Below, in pieces: positions 26,628-39,269 of a DNA stretch of 64,000 nucleotides (within the stretch, counting starts at the first letter, position 1; each line of letters begins with the position of its first letter). Source of the DNA: Candidatus Multivorans sp. (GTDB lineage: Bacteria > Acidobacteriota > Thermoanaerobaculia > Multivoradales > Multivoraceae). The DNA lies in contig OZ251997.1 in the NCBI GenBank assembly GCA_965247095.1, positions 864,001 to 928,000 of the forward strand, given 5' to 3'. A model generated the notes under the pieces. The model was not told where the DNA came from. It did not search any database and saw nothing but the letters and a program-made list of their open reading frames with translations. The position numbers and the translations under genes are program-made.

Positions 26628-29077
26628 CGGACCGGCGCCGTGCCGATGACGTGGTCGGCCTCCAGCGCGTCGAGTTCCGCCTCGCTCAGGCCAAGCAACC
26701 GCGTCAGCACGTCGCGGTTGTGCTCCCCGAGCGTCGGCGCGGGCCACTCGACGGCGTACGGGCGGTTCTTGCCGTCGCCGCCCACCGGCCGGTAGGGCGC
26801 GGAGGCGTTCGGCTGGTCGCCGACGAAGGCGCGTTCGCGCCACTGCCAGTAGCGGCGGGCTTCGAGATGCGGGTCGTAGAGCACGTCCAACGTGTTGCGC
26901 ACGACCGCCGACGGCGCCTCGGCAGCGGCCAGACGACGCTCCAGCGCCAGGCCGTCGTAGAGCCGGGTGCGGGCCGCGAGCTCGCGGTCGAGCTCGTCCT
27001 CGTGGCCCTTGCGGGCGGAGGCGGCGGCGAAGCGGGGGTGGGTGGCGTCCATTCCCACGGTGTCGCACAGCCGCTGCCACTGCTCGTCCGTCTCCACCGT
27101 GATCGTGATCCACGGTTCCGCGCCGATGCACGGGTAGACGCCCCAGGGCGCGTGCAGCGGGTGGCGTCCGCCGCAACGAGCAGGCGGCTTTCCGCGCATC
27201 GCTTGCTCGACGAGTCCGTGAGCCGCGAGCGGGAACATCGATTGGACGTGGGAGAGATCGACGTACTGGCCCTCACCCGTCCGCCGGCGGTGCCTGAGAG
27301 CAGTCAAGAGCGCGGCGGCGGCGTTGATCCCGGCGATCGGATCGCCGAAGGCGACGTGCTGCATGGTCGGCGGATCCTCCGCGCGGCCGTTCAGGTGAGG
27401 CAGGCCGGACGCCTGCTCGACGGTCGAGCCATAGGCGCGGTGGTTCATCCACTGACCGCTGGCGCCGAAGGGCGGCATGGACACCATGACCAGTTCGGGG
27501 TTCACCTCGCGCAGCCGCTCGTAGGCGAGCCCCAGCTTGGGCAGGACGCTGGCGGTGTAGTTCTCGATCACCGCGTCCGAGATCGCGACGAGTCGGAGGA
27601 GCAGATCGACGCCGCGGGGAATGGTCAAGTCGAGTGTGATCCCGAACTTGTTGCGGTTCGCGCTGTTGAAGGCGGTGGACTGCTCGTAGAGCTTCTGTTC
27701 GATCGACTCCGGGGTCGACTCCCAGCCCCGCCACCAGTCGAAGTACTGGCAGGACTCGACCTTGATCACTTCGGCGCCCATGTCGGCGAGTTGACGGGTG
27801 GCGAGCGGACCTGCCCAGCCCATGGTCAGGTCGACGATGCGGATGGCCCGGAGGAGGCCGGGGCGGCGAGGGGCGGCGCTGGCCGGCAATTCCGGCGCTC
27901 TGGCCAATCGCCGGCGAACGACCGGCGTTTCGGGGACGTGGCCACCGTGCTCGCCGAGCCGTGGCGCCCGGCCGCCCGCGACGGCCGGCGTGCGGTGGAG
28001 CCGAAACGGCGTGCCGGCGGTAAGGAAGCGCCCCTGGTCCGGGTGCTCGGCTTCCACCCAGGCGCCGCGGTCGCGGAACTGGTCGAGTTCGAACAGCTCG
28101 GCCGGCGTCGGCGCCAGCGCCAGGGGAACGCGGGCCGCTTGACCGGCCTCCACCCACTCCAGAGCGGTTCGTTCGAGGAAGCGGGGCCCGAGGGCTGCGT
28201 CGATTGCGTCGGCGTCTTCCAGGCGGTTGACCGATACCTGGTAGCGGGGGTCGGCGCCCAGCTCGGGAAGTCCCAGCAGCGAGCACAGGCTCCGCCACTG
28301 CGACGGGGTCACGGTGGTGACGCCGAGCCAGCCGTCACGGCAGGGGTAGATGCCGGTCGGGTAGGTGGGCCAGAAGCGGTTGATCCCTACGCGGGGCCGG
28401 ATCTCACCGGTCGCGAGGGTGCCGGGAGGGCCGGGCTCGGTGATGCACATCGCCGCTTCGAAGATGGACACGTCGATATGGCTCGTGGCGCCGAGGTTGC
28501 CGGATTCCCGCGCCAGCAGATGGCCGACACCGGCAACGTAGGCGAGCGTGCCGGCGACGATTTGCGGTGTGTGGCCCGTGGTCAGCATCGGCGGGCCCTC
28601 GGCCGGGCCCACGGCTCGGACTGCCCCGATGTGCGTGCTGATCACCTGATCGGTGGCGGCGCGACCGGCGTAGGGGCCCGCGGCGCCGAACCACGAGATC
28701 GAGAGCCGGATCTGATCGGCCTCGAGTGGCCGGTTGGGACCGGGGTCGGCGTCGAGGATGACGTCGGCGGCACGGAGGAACGCCCGGCTCGTTGCGTCGT
28801 CCGGGTTGGCGGCGACACTCCGTTTGCCGAGCGACAGGTAGGTGGCCAGCCCGCTCGCTTCAGGCGCAGGGGCTCCGGGATGGAACGGCGGCAGGCGCCG
28901 GATCGGGTGCCCTTCGCCGGGCGGCTCGAGGTTTGTGACCTCGCCGCCGAGGTCGCGGAAGAGCTTGCCGCAGTAGGCGGTGGCGACGGTGCCGGCGAGG
29001 TCGATGACGTGGATGCCGGCGAGGGCGCCGCCTCTTCGGGGTTCCGCGCCGCCGGGTGCTGCTTCGTGGTCGTTCAT
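26624..29077 (-). CDS. Fused two-domain CaiB/BaiF class III CoA-transferase
   Basis: LAGIHVIDLA...CGKLFRDLGGEV and IRIVDLTMGWAGP...LADMGAEVIKVES, NRNKFGITLDL, two AP(R/T)LGEH ends. Confidence 0.92.
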   Translation of the reverse strand: MNDHEAAPGGAEPRRGGALAGIHVIDLAGTVATAYCGKLFRDLGGEVTNLEPPGEGHPIRRLPPFHPGAPAPEASGLATYLSLGKRSVAANPDDATSRAFLRAADVILDADPGPNRPLEADQIRLSISWFGAAGPYAGRAATDQVISTHIGAVRAVGPAEGPPMLTTGHTPQIVAGTLAYVAGVGHLLARESGNLGATSHIDVSIFEAAMCITEPGPPGTLATGEIRPRVGINRFWPTYPTGIYPCRDGWLGVTTVTPSQWRSLCSLLGLPELGADPRYQVSVNRLEDADAIDAALGPRFLERTALEWVEAGQAARVPLALAPTPAELFELDQFRDRGAWVEAEHPDQGRFLTAGTPFRLHRTPAVAGGRAPRLGEHGGHVPETPVVRRRLARAPELPASAAPRRPGLLRAIRIVDLTMGWAGPLATRQLADMGAEVIKVESCQYFDWWRGWESTPESIEQKLYEQSTAFNSANRNKFGITLDLTIPRGVDLLLRLVAISDAVIENYTASVLPKLGLAYERLREVNPELVMVSMPPFGASGQWMNHRAYGSTVEQASGLPHLNGRAEDPPTMQHVAFGDPIAGINAAAALLTALRHRRRTGEGQYVDLSHVQSMFPLAAHGLVEQAMRGKPPARCGGRHPLHAPWGVYPCIGAEPWITITVETDEQWQRLCDTVGMDATHPRFAAASARKGHEDELDRELAARTRLYDGLALERRLAAAEAPSAVVRNTLDVLYDPHLEARRYWQWRERAFVGDQPNASAPYRPVGGDGKNRPYAVEWPAPTLGEHNRDVLTRLLGLSEAELDALEADHVIGTAPVR

Positions 29078-29117
29078 TGGACTGAGGTGGACGCGGGATT
29101 GTAGATCGTTCCAGGTT

Positions 29118-29158
29118 CCGCCTGCGGCGGATGCGGGCGAGACGCCCGGTGTGCCAGG
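29118..29158 (+). repeat. REP-like palindrome between divergent genes
   Basis: CCGCCTGCGGCGG-ATGCGGGCGAGACGCCCG..CCAGG. Confidence 0.75.
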
Positions 29159-29178
29159 CGTCGGCGTAGGATTCCCGC

Positions 29179-30453
29179 GTGAAACGACAGACATACCTGC
29201 GGCTCTCCGTGATGATGCTCCTGCAGTACGGGGTATGGGGCGTCTGGTTGCCGGTGCTGGCGCGCTACCTCCAGGCGGCGCCTTCGGAGGGGGGGCTCGG
29301 CTTCACTCCGGGCCAGATCGGATGGATCCTGGGGCTTGCGAGTTCGATCGGGGCCGTCACGGCGCCCTTCGTCGCCGGTCAGCTCGCGGACCGCGCGTTC
29401 TCCACCCAGCGTGTGCTGGCGGTGCTGTTGGTCGCCGGCGGCGTGGTCAAGATCATCACCGCCTACCAGACCAGCTTCGGCGCCTGGTTGTGGCTGTCGG
29501 TTCTCTATTCGGTGCTCTTCACGCCGACCCTGGCCCTCTCGAACTCGCTCGCCTTCGCCCACATTGACGACGGCGATCGGGAGTTCCCGCGGGTGCGGGT
29601 GTGGGGCACGATCGGCTGGATCGCTGCCAGTTGGGCGTTCCCGCTGTTCTGGCTGCTCTCGGACGTGCGGCTTTCCTGGCTGCCGCCGTTCTACGCCGGT
29701 GTGGAGGCCCCGGACGCGACGGCCCGCCTCGTGGATTCCCTGGTCTGGAGCGGCGTTCTCGCCTTCGGCTACGCGCTCTTCTGCCTCTTCCTGCCGTCGA
29801 CACCGCCGCGACGCGACGCCAAGGAGAAGCTGGCCTTCGCCAAGGCGTTCGGGCTCTTCCGGCATCGGTCCTTCGCGGTCCTGGTGGCGGCGAGCCTGCC
29901 GGTCGCGGTGATCCACCAGATCTACTTCATGCAGACGGCGCCGTTCATGAGCCAGGTGCTCGGTCTGCCGGACAGCCGCATCGGCCCGGCGATGAGCATT
30001 GGCCAGTTCGCGGAGATCGCGGTCATGGTGGCCGCGGGCTGGCTCCTGGCGCGGTTCGGTTTCCGCGGTGTGATCACGATCGGCGTGCTCGCCTACGCCG
30101 TCCGCTACGCGATCTTCGGCAGCGTGTTCCTGCCGTCACAGGTCATCATCGCGAGCCAGGCGCTGCACGGCCTGTGCTACGCGTGCTTCTTTGCCGCCGC
30201 CTTCATCTATGTCGACCGCATCGCGGAGGCTGATGTCCGTCACTCGGCGCAGACCGTGTTCGGCATCGTGATTCTGGGCCTGGGGCCGGTGCTGGCCGCA
30301 CCCGTGCTGCAGGTGCTGTCGATGCTCTTCACCAACGAGGCGGGCGTGCTCGACTACTCGGCGCTGTGGTACTCGCTTTCCGTCCTGGCGATGCTGACGA
30401 TGGTCGGGTTCGCGGCCCTGTTCCGGGACGAGACGCAGGCCGAGCGGAGCTAG
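29179..30453 (+). CDS. MFS transporter (NupG/nucleoside:H+ symporter-like)
   Basis: RLSVMMLLQYGVWG, GQLADRAFS, FPRVRVWGTIGWI, SIGQFAEI, about 12 TM segments. Confidence 0.9.
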   Translation: MKRQTYLRLSVMMLLQYGVWGVWLPVLARYLQAAPSEGGLGFTPGQIGWILGLASSIGAVTAPFVAGQLADRAFSTQRVLAVLLVAGGVVKIITAYQTSFGAWLWLSVLYSVLFTPTLALSNSLAFAHIDDGDREFPRVRVWGTIGWIAASWAFPLFWLLSDVRLSWLPPFYAGVEAPDATARLVDSLVWSGVLAFGYALFCLFLPSTPPRRDAKEKLAFAKAFGLFRHRSFAVLVAASLPVAVIHQIYFMQTAPFMSQVLGLPDSRIGPAMSIGQFAEIAVMVAAGWLLARFGFRGVITIGVLAYAVRYAIFGSVFLPSQVIIASQALHGLCYACFFAAAFIYVDRIAEADVRHSAQTVFGIVILGLGPVLAAPVLQVLSMLFTNEAGVLDYSALWYSLSVLAMLTMVGFAALFRDETQAERS

Positions 30454-30459
30454 AGCCCG

Positions 30460-31326
30460 TCAGACGTCGCAGACCTGCACGCCGTGGGCCAGGGCAGCGA
30501 GCTTGTCCTCGCCCTTGGGGATAAATTCTTGCCCCACGATCCCCGTGTAACCGGTCTCGAGGATCGCGCGCATGATTGCCGGGTAGTAGAGCTCCTGGTT
30601 GTCATCGAGCTCGTTGCGGCCCGGGTTGCCGGCCGTGTGGTAGTGGCCGATGTGCTGGTGATGGTCGCGGATCGTGCGGATGACGTCGCCTTCCATGATC
30701 TGCGCGTGGTAGATGTCGTAGAGGATCCTGAAGCGGTCGGAGCCGACCCGGTCAACGAGTTCGACCAGCCAGGGCACGTTGTCGGCCATGTAGTCGGCGT
30801 GGTTGACCTTGGAGTTGAGCAACTCCATGCAGATCGTGACCCCCTTGTTCTCGGCGTGGCCCACGATCTGCTTCAGCGCCTGCGCGCAGTTGTCGAGACC
30901 CTCGCTGTCGGCCATGCCGTTTCGGTTGCCGGAGAACGTGATCACGTTGGGGAAGCCGGCTTCGGCCGCGGCGTCGATGCTGGCGCGAATCGCTCCCAGG
31001 CAGGCTTCATGGTTGGCCGGGTCGTTAACCCCCTCGGTGATGCCATGGCTGTTCGTCATCGCGCAGCTCAAGCCGTACTTCTGGATGGTGGGGAAGTCGT
31101 CGGCGCCGATGATCTCGACCGACTCGAGGCCCATCGCCTTCGAGGCCGCCGCAAGCTCGTCGAGCGGCATGCGGCCATAGCACCAGCGGCACACCGACTG
31201 GCGGATCCGCCCGTTCCTGATCACCCGTTCCTGCTGGGCCGCGATTCCGGACGGTGCGGCCGAGGCCGCCGCGACCGCTGCGGCGCCTGCGATCAGGGTC
31301 CTGCGGGACAGAGGTTCTGCGTTCAT
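30460..31326 (-). CDS. Tat-exported hydroxypyruvate isomerase-like TIM-barrel protein
   Basis: SRRTL Tat motif, RQSVCRWC, MELLNSKVNH.DY, LYDIYHAQIMEGD, HYHTAGNPGRNE, GQEF. Confidence 0.9.
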   Translation of the reverse strand: MNAEPLSRRTLIAGAAAVAAASAAPSGIAAQQERVIRNGRIRQSVCRWCYGRMPLDELAAASKAMGLESVEIIGADDFPTIQKYGLSCAMTNSHGITEGVNDPANHEACLGAIRASIDAAAEAGFPNVITFSGNRNGMADSEGLDNCAQALKQIVGHAENKGVTICMELLNSKVNHADYMADNVPWLVELVDRVGSDRFRILYDIYHAQIMEGDVIRTIRDHHQHIGHYHTAGNPGRNELDDNQELYYPAIMRAILETGYTGIVGQEFIPKGEDKLAALAHGVQVCDV

Positions 31327-31411
31327 GGGACGGTCCTCCGCTAGACGTTTGCGAGCCTGGGGGTTGAGGGGTCCGGCCATCTTAGCGCTCGCCACGCGCT
31401 ACGATCGCGGC

Positions 31412-32254
31412 ATGGAGACCAGGGTGGGGCGCAAACCGAGGTGGCGGCTGGCGGCGGTTCTGGCCGCGTCGACTCTGCTCCTGGCCTCCCTGCTGCCGGC
31501 CCAGTGGTGGCGCCGGGCGCCGGCGCGCTACCCGGAGGAGGGCCGCCAGTACCTGGAGGGGTTCGTCTTCTGCCGCGGCCAGTACCGGCAGGTGGTCGAC
31601 GAGTGGCTGGGACAGGGCTGGTTCACCGACTACCCCGACTCCGAGTACAACTTCATGACCCGGCTGTCCCAGTTGACGACGGTCGAGATCCAGCGCACGG
31701 CCTACGGCGATCCGGAACACCTGGTGCTGACCCTGGACGATCCCCGGCTGTTCGAGTTTCCCTTTCTCTTCATGTCGGACGTGGGCACGATCGGGCTCAA
31801 CGACGTCGAGGCGGGGAATCTGAGACGGTACCTGTTGGCCGGAGGCTTCCTGTACGTCGACGACTTCTGGGGGCCACGGGCCTGGGAGCACTGGTCGCGG
31901 CAGATCGGCCGGGTCTTGCCGCCGAGCGACTACCCGATCGTTGACATCCCGGTAACCCACCCGATCTTCAGGACCTTCTTTACTGTGGACGAGGTTCCCC
32001 AGATCCCGTCGATCCAGTACTGGAACATGACCGGACGCGCCGATACGTCGGAGCGCGGCGGGGATTCCGCCCAGGCCCACTTCCGAGGCATCTTCGACGA
32101 GAATGGCCGGCTCCTGGTCGCGATGACCCACAACACGGACATCGCCGACGGCTGGGAGCGGGAGGGCGAGTCCCGCGAGTTCTTCGAGCGCTTTTCGCTG
32201 ACCAAGTCGTACCCGTTCGGCGTCAACCTGGTGCTGTACGCGCTGGCGCACTGA
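31412..32254 (+). CDS. DUF4159 domain protein
   Basis: WFTDYPDSE, FPFLFMSD, LRRYLLAGGFLYVDDFWG, HNTDIADGWE, GVNLVLYALAH. Confidence 0.88.
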   Translation: METRVGRKPRWRLAAVLAASTLLLASLLPAQWWRRAPARYPEEGRQYLEGFVFCRGQYRQVVDEWLGQGWFTDYPDSEYNFMTRLSQLTTVEIQRTAYGDPEHLVLTLDDPRLFEFPFLFMSDVGTIGLNDVEAGNLRRYLLAGGFLYVDDFWGPRAWEHWSRQIGRVLPPSDYPIVDIPVTHPIFRTFFTVDEVPQIPSIQYWNMTGRADTSERGGDSAQAHFRGIFDENGRLLVAMTHNTDIADGWEREGESREFFERFSLTKSYPFGVNLVLYALAH

Positions 32255-32264
32255 GGACGGTCAC

Positions 32265-33317
32265 ATGGCTCGTGCGACGCTTCGTCCCCGGTTCTTGGCG
32301 GCCTATGCAGGAGTGGCTGCGACGGTTGCGCTCGCCGCTCCCGCCGCGGCGCAACCGGATTCCTCAGAGTCCCAGGCTACGGTCGAACACGTCTCCGGCA
32401 CGGTCTACGTGCTGACCGGCGCGGGCGCCAACATCGGCGTCTCGGCAGGAAACGATGGCATCCTGCTCGTAGACCGCGGGTTCGCTCCTTGGGCTGAACA
32501 GGCCCGCGCGGCGCTCAAGGCGATCGCACCGGGAGACCCCAAGTTCATCGTGAACACACACTTCCACCGCACAGGCGGGAACGCGATCTTCGGCAAGGAG
32601 GCGCGGATCGTGGCGCACACGAACGTGCGTGACCGTATGACCGGCAAACGCAAGCCCGGCAAGCGCAGGGTTGAAGCTTTTGTCAGCCATCTCCCACACG
32701 TAGACCGCCACTACCTGGACTTCGAGTTCGTGGACCGCGGCACTCCGGGCACCAATAGCGGCGACTGGGTCTATGAGCCAGTGGCCGTGCCGCGGCTTCG
32801 CAGACGGCGGCCTGCATGGGTGAGCACGGGTACACGCTCGGAGGAGGCCATGCCGGTCATGACCTTCGACGACGGCATGTCGATCCACTTCAACGGCGAA
32901 GAGATCTTGATCGGCCACCTTACCGCCGGGCACACGGACGGCGACAGCTTCGTCTTTTTCACCGGTTCGAACGTGGTCCATGTTGGCTACCAGTTCCAGC
33001 CCGGCCGCTTTCCATACATCGACATTGCGTACGGCGGCAACGCGGTCGGGCTCAGAGACAGCATTGGGTGGATGCTCGAGTACTTCCCGGCCGATGCGAA
33101 GGTGATCCCCAGCTCTGGCCCGCTGTCTTCGGTCGACGATCTGAAGACATACCATCGGATGCTCACGGAGTGTGTGGCCGTGGTGAAAGCGGCCAAGGAT
33201 GCCGGGAAGCGGCTGAAGAAAATCCGTGCCGCCGGACTGCCGGACGAGTGGAGCGGCTGGGCTTTCACCGGCATCAGCGAGTCGGTCTTCATTGGTTTCA
33301 TCTACGACAGCCTGTAG
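32265..33317 (+). CDS. MBL-fold protein with degenerate metal site and ~50-aa insertion
   Basis: Paralog of the downstream gene, but HFHRTGGN, HVGYQ and PSSG replace HFHGDHTGGN, HLGDQ and PGHG. Confidence 0.85.
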   Translation: MARATLRPRFLAAYAGVAATVALAAPAAAQPDSSESQATVEHVSGTVYVLTGAGANIGVSAGNDGILLVDRGFAPWAEQARAALKAIAPGDPKFIVNTHFHRTGGNAIFGKEARIVAHTNVRDRMTGKRKPGKRRVEAFVSHLPHVDRHYLDFEFVDRGTPGTNSGDWVYEPVAVPRLRRRRPAWVSTGTRSEEAMPVMTFDDGMSIHFNGEEILIGHLTAGHTDGDSFVFFTGSNVVHVGYQFQPGRFPYIDIAYGGNAVGLRDSIGWMLEYFPADAKVIPSSGPLSSVDDLKTYHRMLTECVAVVKAAKDAGKRLKKIRAAGLPDEWSGWAFTGISESVFIGFIYDSL

Positions 33318-33429
33318 GACGACCGGGAGCGGACCTTCCCGCTGACGGTCACCGACTGCTATAGGGTCCGGCGACGCGCCCGGTGATGTTGCCGGGCGCC
33401 GCCTCACGACTCCCAACGAGGACAGATAC

Positions 33430-34332
33430 ATGACCCGCCTGACGATTCGTTCCCGTTGCCTGGCGCTTCCCGCCGCCGTGGCCGCGTCCACGCTCCTCGC
33501 CGCGCCCACCGCGGCGCAGCAGGACTTCTCGGCCGTCGAGGTCACCGCCCAGCATGTCGCGGGCTCGGTCCACATGCTGACCGGCGCGGGCGGCAACATC
33601 GGCGTCTCGGCCGGCGAGGACGGCATCCTGATCATCGACGATCAGTTCGGCCCCCTGGCCGACAAGATCCGGGCTGCGATTGCGGGGATCTCGGCGGGCG
33701 ACCTGGAGTTCGTGGTGAACACGCACTTCCACGGCGACCACACCGGCGGCAATATCGTGTTCGGCGAAGAGGCGCTGATCGTGGCGCACACGAACGTGCG
33801 CAAGCGCCTGGCGGAGGGCGCCGGCGCGCGCGGCCAGTCGGTGGCGCCGGCGCCGAAGGTGGCGCTGCCGGTCGTTACCTACGACATCGGCGTGTCGATC
33901 CACTTCAACGACGAGCAGATCATGATCGGCCATCTGGCCGGAGGGCACACGGACGGGGACAGCTTCGTCTACTTCATGGACTCGAACGTGATCCATCTGG
34001 GGGATCAGTTCTTCGCGGGACGTTTCCCGTTCGTCGACGTTGCGAGCGGCGGCAACGCGGTGGGGCTGCGGGACAGCATCGGCAACGTGCTCGACCGTTT
34101 GCCGGAGGACGCGAAGGTGATCCCGGGCCACGGTCTGCTGTCCTCGGTCGACGATCTGAAGACGTACCACCGGATGCTCGAGGAGTCCGTCGCCACGGTG
34201 AAGGCGGCGAAGGACGCCGGCAAGTCGGTGGAGGAGATCCAGGCCGCCGGCCTCTCCGACGAATGGGAGGGCTGGGGTTCCGGCTTCATCAACGAGTCGG
34301 TGTTCATCGGTTTCATCTTCGAGAGCCTGTAG
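33430..34332 (+). CDS. MBL-fold metallo-hydrolase (cyclase-like), secreted
   Basis: NTHFHGDHTGGN, GHTDGD, HLGD, IPGHG all intact; signal peptide. Confidence 0.93.
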   Translation: MTRLTIRSRCLALPAAVAASTLLAAPTAAQQDFSAVEVTAQHVAGSVHMLTGAGGNIGVSAGEDGILIIDDQFGPLADKIRAAIAGISAGDLEFVVNTHFHGDHTGGNIVFGEEALIVAHTNVRKRLAEGAGARGQSVAPAPKVALPVVTYDIGVSIHFNDEQIMIGHLAGGHTDGDSFVYFMDSNVIHLGDQFFAGRFPFVDVASGGNAVGLRDSIGNVLDRLPEDAKVIPGHGLLSSVDDLKTYHRMLEESVATVKAAKDAGKSVEEIQAAGLSDEWEGWGSGFINESVFIGFIFESL

Positions 34333-34341
34333 GGGCGCGTC

Positions 34342-35651
34342 ATGGAAGCCAGTGTTCTGCTGCTCGCCACGATTCTGGCGGCGGCGCCTCCGGCCTCGGA
34401 TCCCGTCCCGGATGTCGAAGGTGGCTGGCCGGCTTGGCGGGGGCCGAACCGCAACGGGTCGGCGCCGGCCGGAAACCCGCCGATCAAGTGGTCCGAAGAC
34501 AGCAACGTGCGCTGGAAGAAGGCCGTGCCGGGCCTCGGCCTGTCGTCGCCGATCGTCTGGGGCGATCGGCTCTTCCTGACCACGGCCGTCAGCACCGGCG
34601 AACGGGTCGAGAACGCCCCGCCGGAGGGGCGGGGAGACGGCATCGCTCCGGACCAGGTACTGAGCTACGAGGTCCACGCGCTGAACCGGAAGGACGGCTC
34701 GACGGTATGGAAGCGATCCGTGCTCACGGAGGCGCCGCACGAGGGGACACATCCCGACGGCACCTGGGCCTCCGGGTCGCCGGTCACCGACGGCGAGGTG
34801 CTGATCGTCTTCTTCGGTTCTCGCGGTCTCTACGCCTTCGACCTGGACGGCCGGGAACTCTGGCGCCGCGACTTCGGCGACATGAGGACGCGCCTCGGCT
34901 TCGGCGAGGGGAGTTCCCCGGCGCTCTATCGCGACCGGGTTCTGGTCATCTGGGACCACGAGGGCGACTCGTTCATCACCGCCCTCGACAAGAAGTCGGG
35001 CGAGGAGATCTGGCGGCGGGACCGCGATGAGATCACGTCGTGGACGACGCCCCTGGTGGTCGAGCACGGCGGCCGGACGCAAGTCATCACCAGCGCGACG
35101 AGCCGGGTCCGCTCCTACGATGCCGAGACCGGCGAACCGATCTGGCAAGCGACGGGAATGACCCTGAACGCGATCCCCTCACCGGTGTACGCCGACGGCG
35201 TCGTCTACCTGACCAGCGGCTTCCGCGGCAGCAAACTGCTGGCAGTGCGCCTGGACGGGGCCTCCGGCGACGTGACGGGCACCGATCAGGTGGTGTGGTC
35301 CGTCGACCGGGACACGCCCTACGTGCCCTCGCCCCTGCTGCACGACGGCGTCATCTACGTCACGAAGGTGAACCGGGGCATTCTCTCGGCCTATGATGCC
35401 AGGACCGGGGAGGCCCTCTACGCCAACCAGCGCCTGGGGGCTGTGCGCAACGTCTACGCCTCACCGGTGGCGGTCGGCGACCGGGTCTACTTCGCCAGCC
35501 GCGACGGGGAGTTCCTGGTGGCCAAGGCTGGGCCTGTGTTCGAGGTCCTCGCCGAGAGCGAGCTGGACGACCGCTTCGACGCTTCGCCGGCGATCGTCGG
35601 CGACGAGATCTACCTGCGCGGCCGCAGCAACCTGTACTGCATCGCGGCGCC

Positions 35652-35655
<4 letters not shown>
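34342..35655 (+). CDS. PQQ-like beta-propeller (BamB-like) repeat protein
   Basis: [17 protein letters not shown], repeated SP-x-x-x-DG blades, YASPV, ASPAI. Confidence 0.88.
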
Positions 35656-38132
<2,477 letters not shown>

Positions 38133-38174
38133 AACGCTGAGGATAGCGCCGCGCTCGTTGCTACCCTCGCCCGG

Positions 38175-38346
38175 ATGGCGGAACTGTCGCCCCCGCCCGC
38201 GGGTCGGAAGCTGATTCTGGAACTGCGGCGCGAGTTGGCGGAGGCCGGCGACTCCTTCCGCGCGCAGGGCCAGCAGGCGTACATGCGGTCGGAGATGCCC
38301 TTCTGGTGAAGCGCTGAAGAATATCGGCGGCGGCGGCCTCACTTAG
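38175..38346 (+). pseudogene. Hollowed DNA alkylation repair (AlkD-like) gene remnant
   Basis: N-terminal [23 protein letters not shown] joined out of frame to C-terminal-like [12 protein letters not shown]. Confidence 0.65.
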
Positions 38347-38376
38347 GAAGCAGGGCTTCCGTCGGGACCGGGACCC

Positions 38377-38913
38377 TCAGGTCTCCAGAGCCTCGGCATC
38401 CTTGAAAGGCTGTTCCTCACCAGCGTCGGGTTCCATTCCCGGCAGCGCTTTCGCGAGCGCTATCGGCAGCGATGTCGTGCGCTTGACTTCGTTGAGCACG
38501 ATGCTGGTCAGCAGTCGATCGACGGACGAGCACGTCAGGTCCTTCAGGAGCCGCTCCAGATCCTGGTAGTCGCGGACCACCACCTTGAGCAGGTAGTCCT
38601 GTTGGCCGGTCAGGAAATGGCACTCCATGACCTCGTCCAGAGCCTGAATCACTTCCTTGAACTCCCGGTCGGCGTCCTGCCGATGGTGAACCAGTGAGAC
38701 CTGCACGAAGCACTGAAGGGCCAAGCCAAGGGAGTTCCTGTCCACAAGCGCCACCTTCCTTTCGATGATTCCCTCGCGCTCAAGCCTCAGGCGGCGCTTC
38801 TTCAGGCCCGAAGTGGAGAGATCGACTCTGCGGGCCAGTTCGGCGTCGCTCCGACTGCCGTCCTCCTGCAGGAGTTCGAGAATCGTGTAGTCCTTGTCGT
38901 CTAGAAGCCGCAT
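38377..38913 (-). CDS. Lrp/AsnC family transcriptional regulator
   Basis: LDDKDYTILELLQEDG..SDAELAR HTH, ECHFLTGQQDYLLKVV, TSIVLNEVK. Confidence 0.93.
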   Translation of the reverse strand: MRLLDDKDYTILELLQEDGSRSDAELARRVDLSTSGLKKRRLRLEREGIIERKVALVDRNSLGLALQCFVQVSLVHHRQDADREFKEVIQALDEVMECHFLTGQQDYLLKVVVRDYQDLERLLKDLTCSSVDRLLTSIVLNEVKRTTSLPIALAKALPGMEPDAGEEQPFKDAEALET

Positions 38914-39269
38914 GCCTCCCCTTTTCTGGTCGCGAGCTCGGTGATCGGGCGCCGCCTTGCAGCGGGAGTTTAGGACAAGCGCATAGCGCCGAATCACTTG
39001 GGCCGAATCCTTGACCCAGGCGGCCCATCAAAGTGGGCGGCCCCAAACGAGAGCGGCCAAATGACTCTAATATCTCTAGTTTGAGGTGATACGGTCCTCC
39101 AAAGCATGGATTGGAGGTCCAAAAATGTGCTGTTGGTTGATAGGGCGGTCCCGTTGTGTCTCTGCCCGCGTTTCTGGGGCGGCACGGCCTGACCCCCTGA
39201 TTTCACCGGGGGACGGTGGTGTGCCGCTGTCCCCTTCTCCCAACCCCCCAAGAAGGAGGACTAGCTGAA

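Noticed and set aside
39175-39200. Sigma54 promoter near CGGCAC
   Set aside because: No TTGC at the -12 spacing
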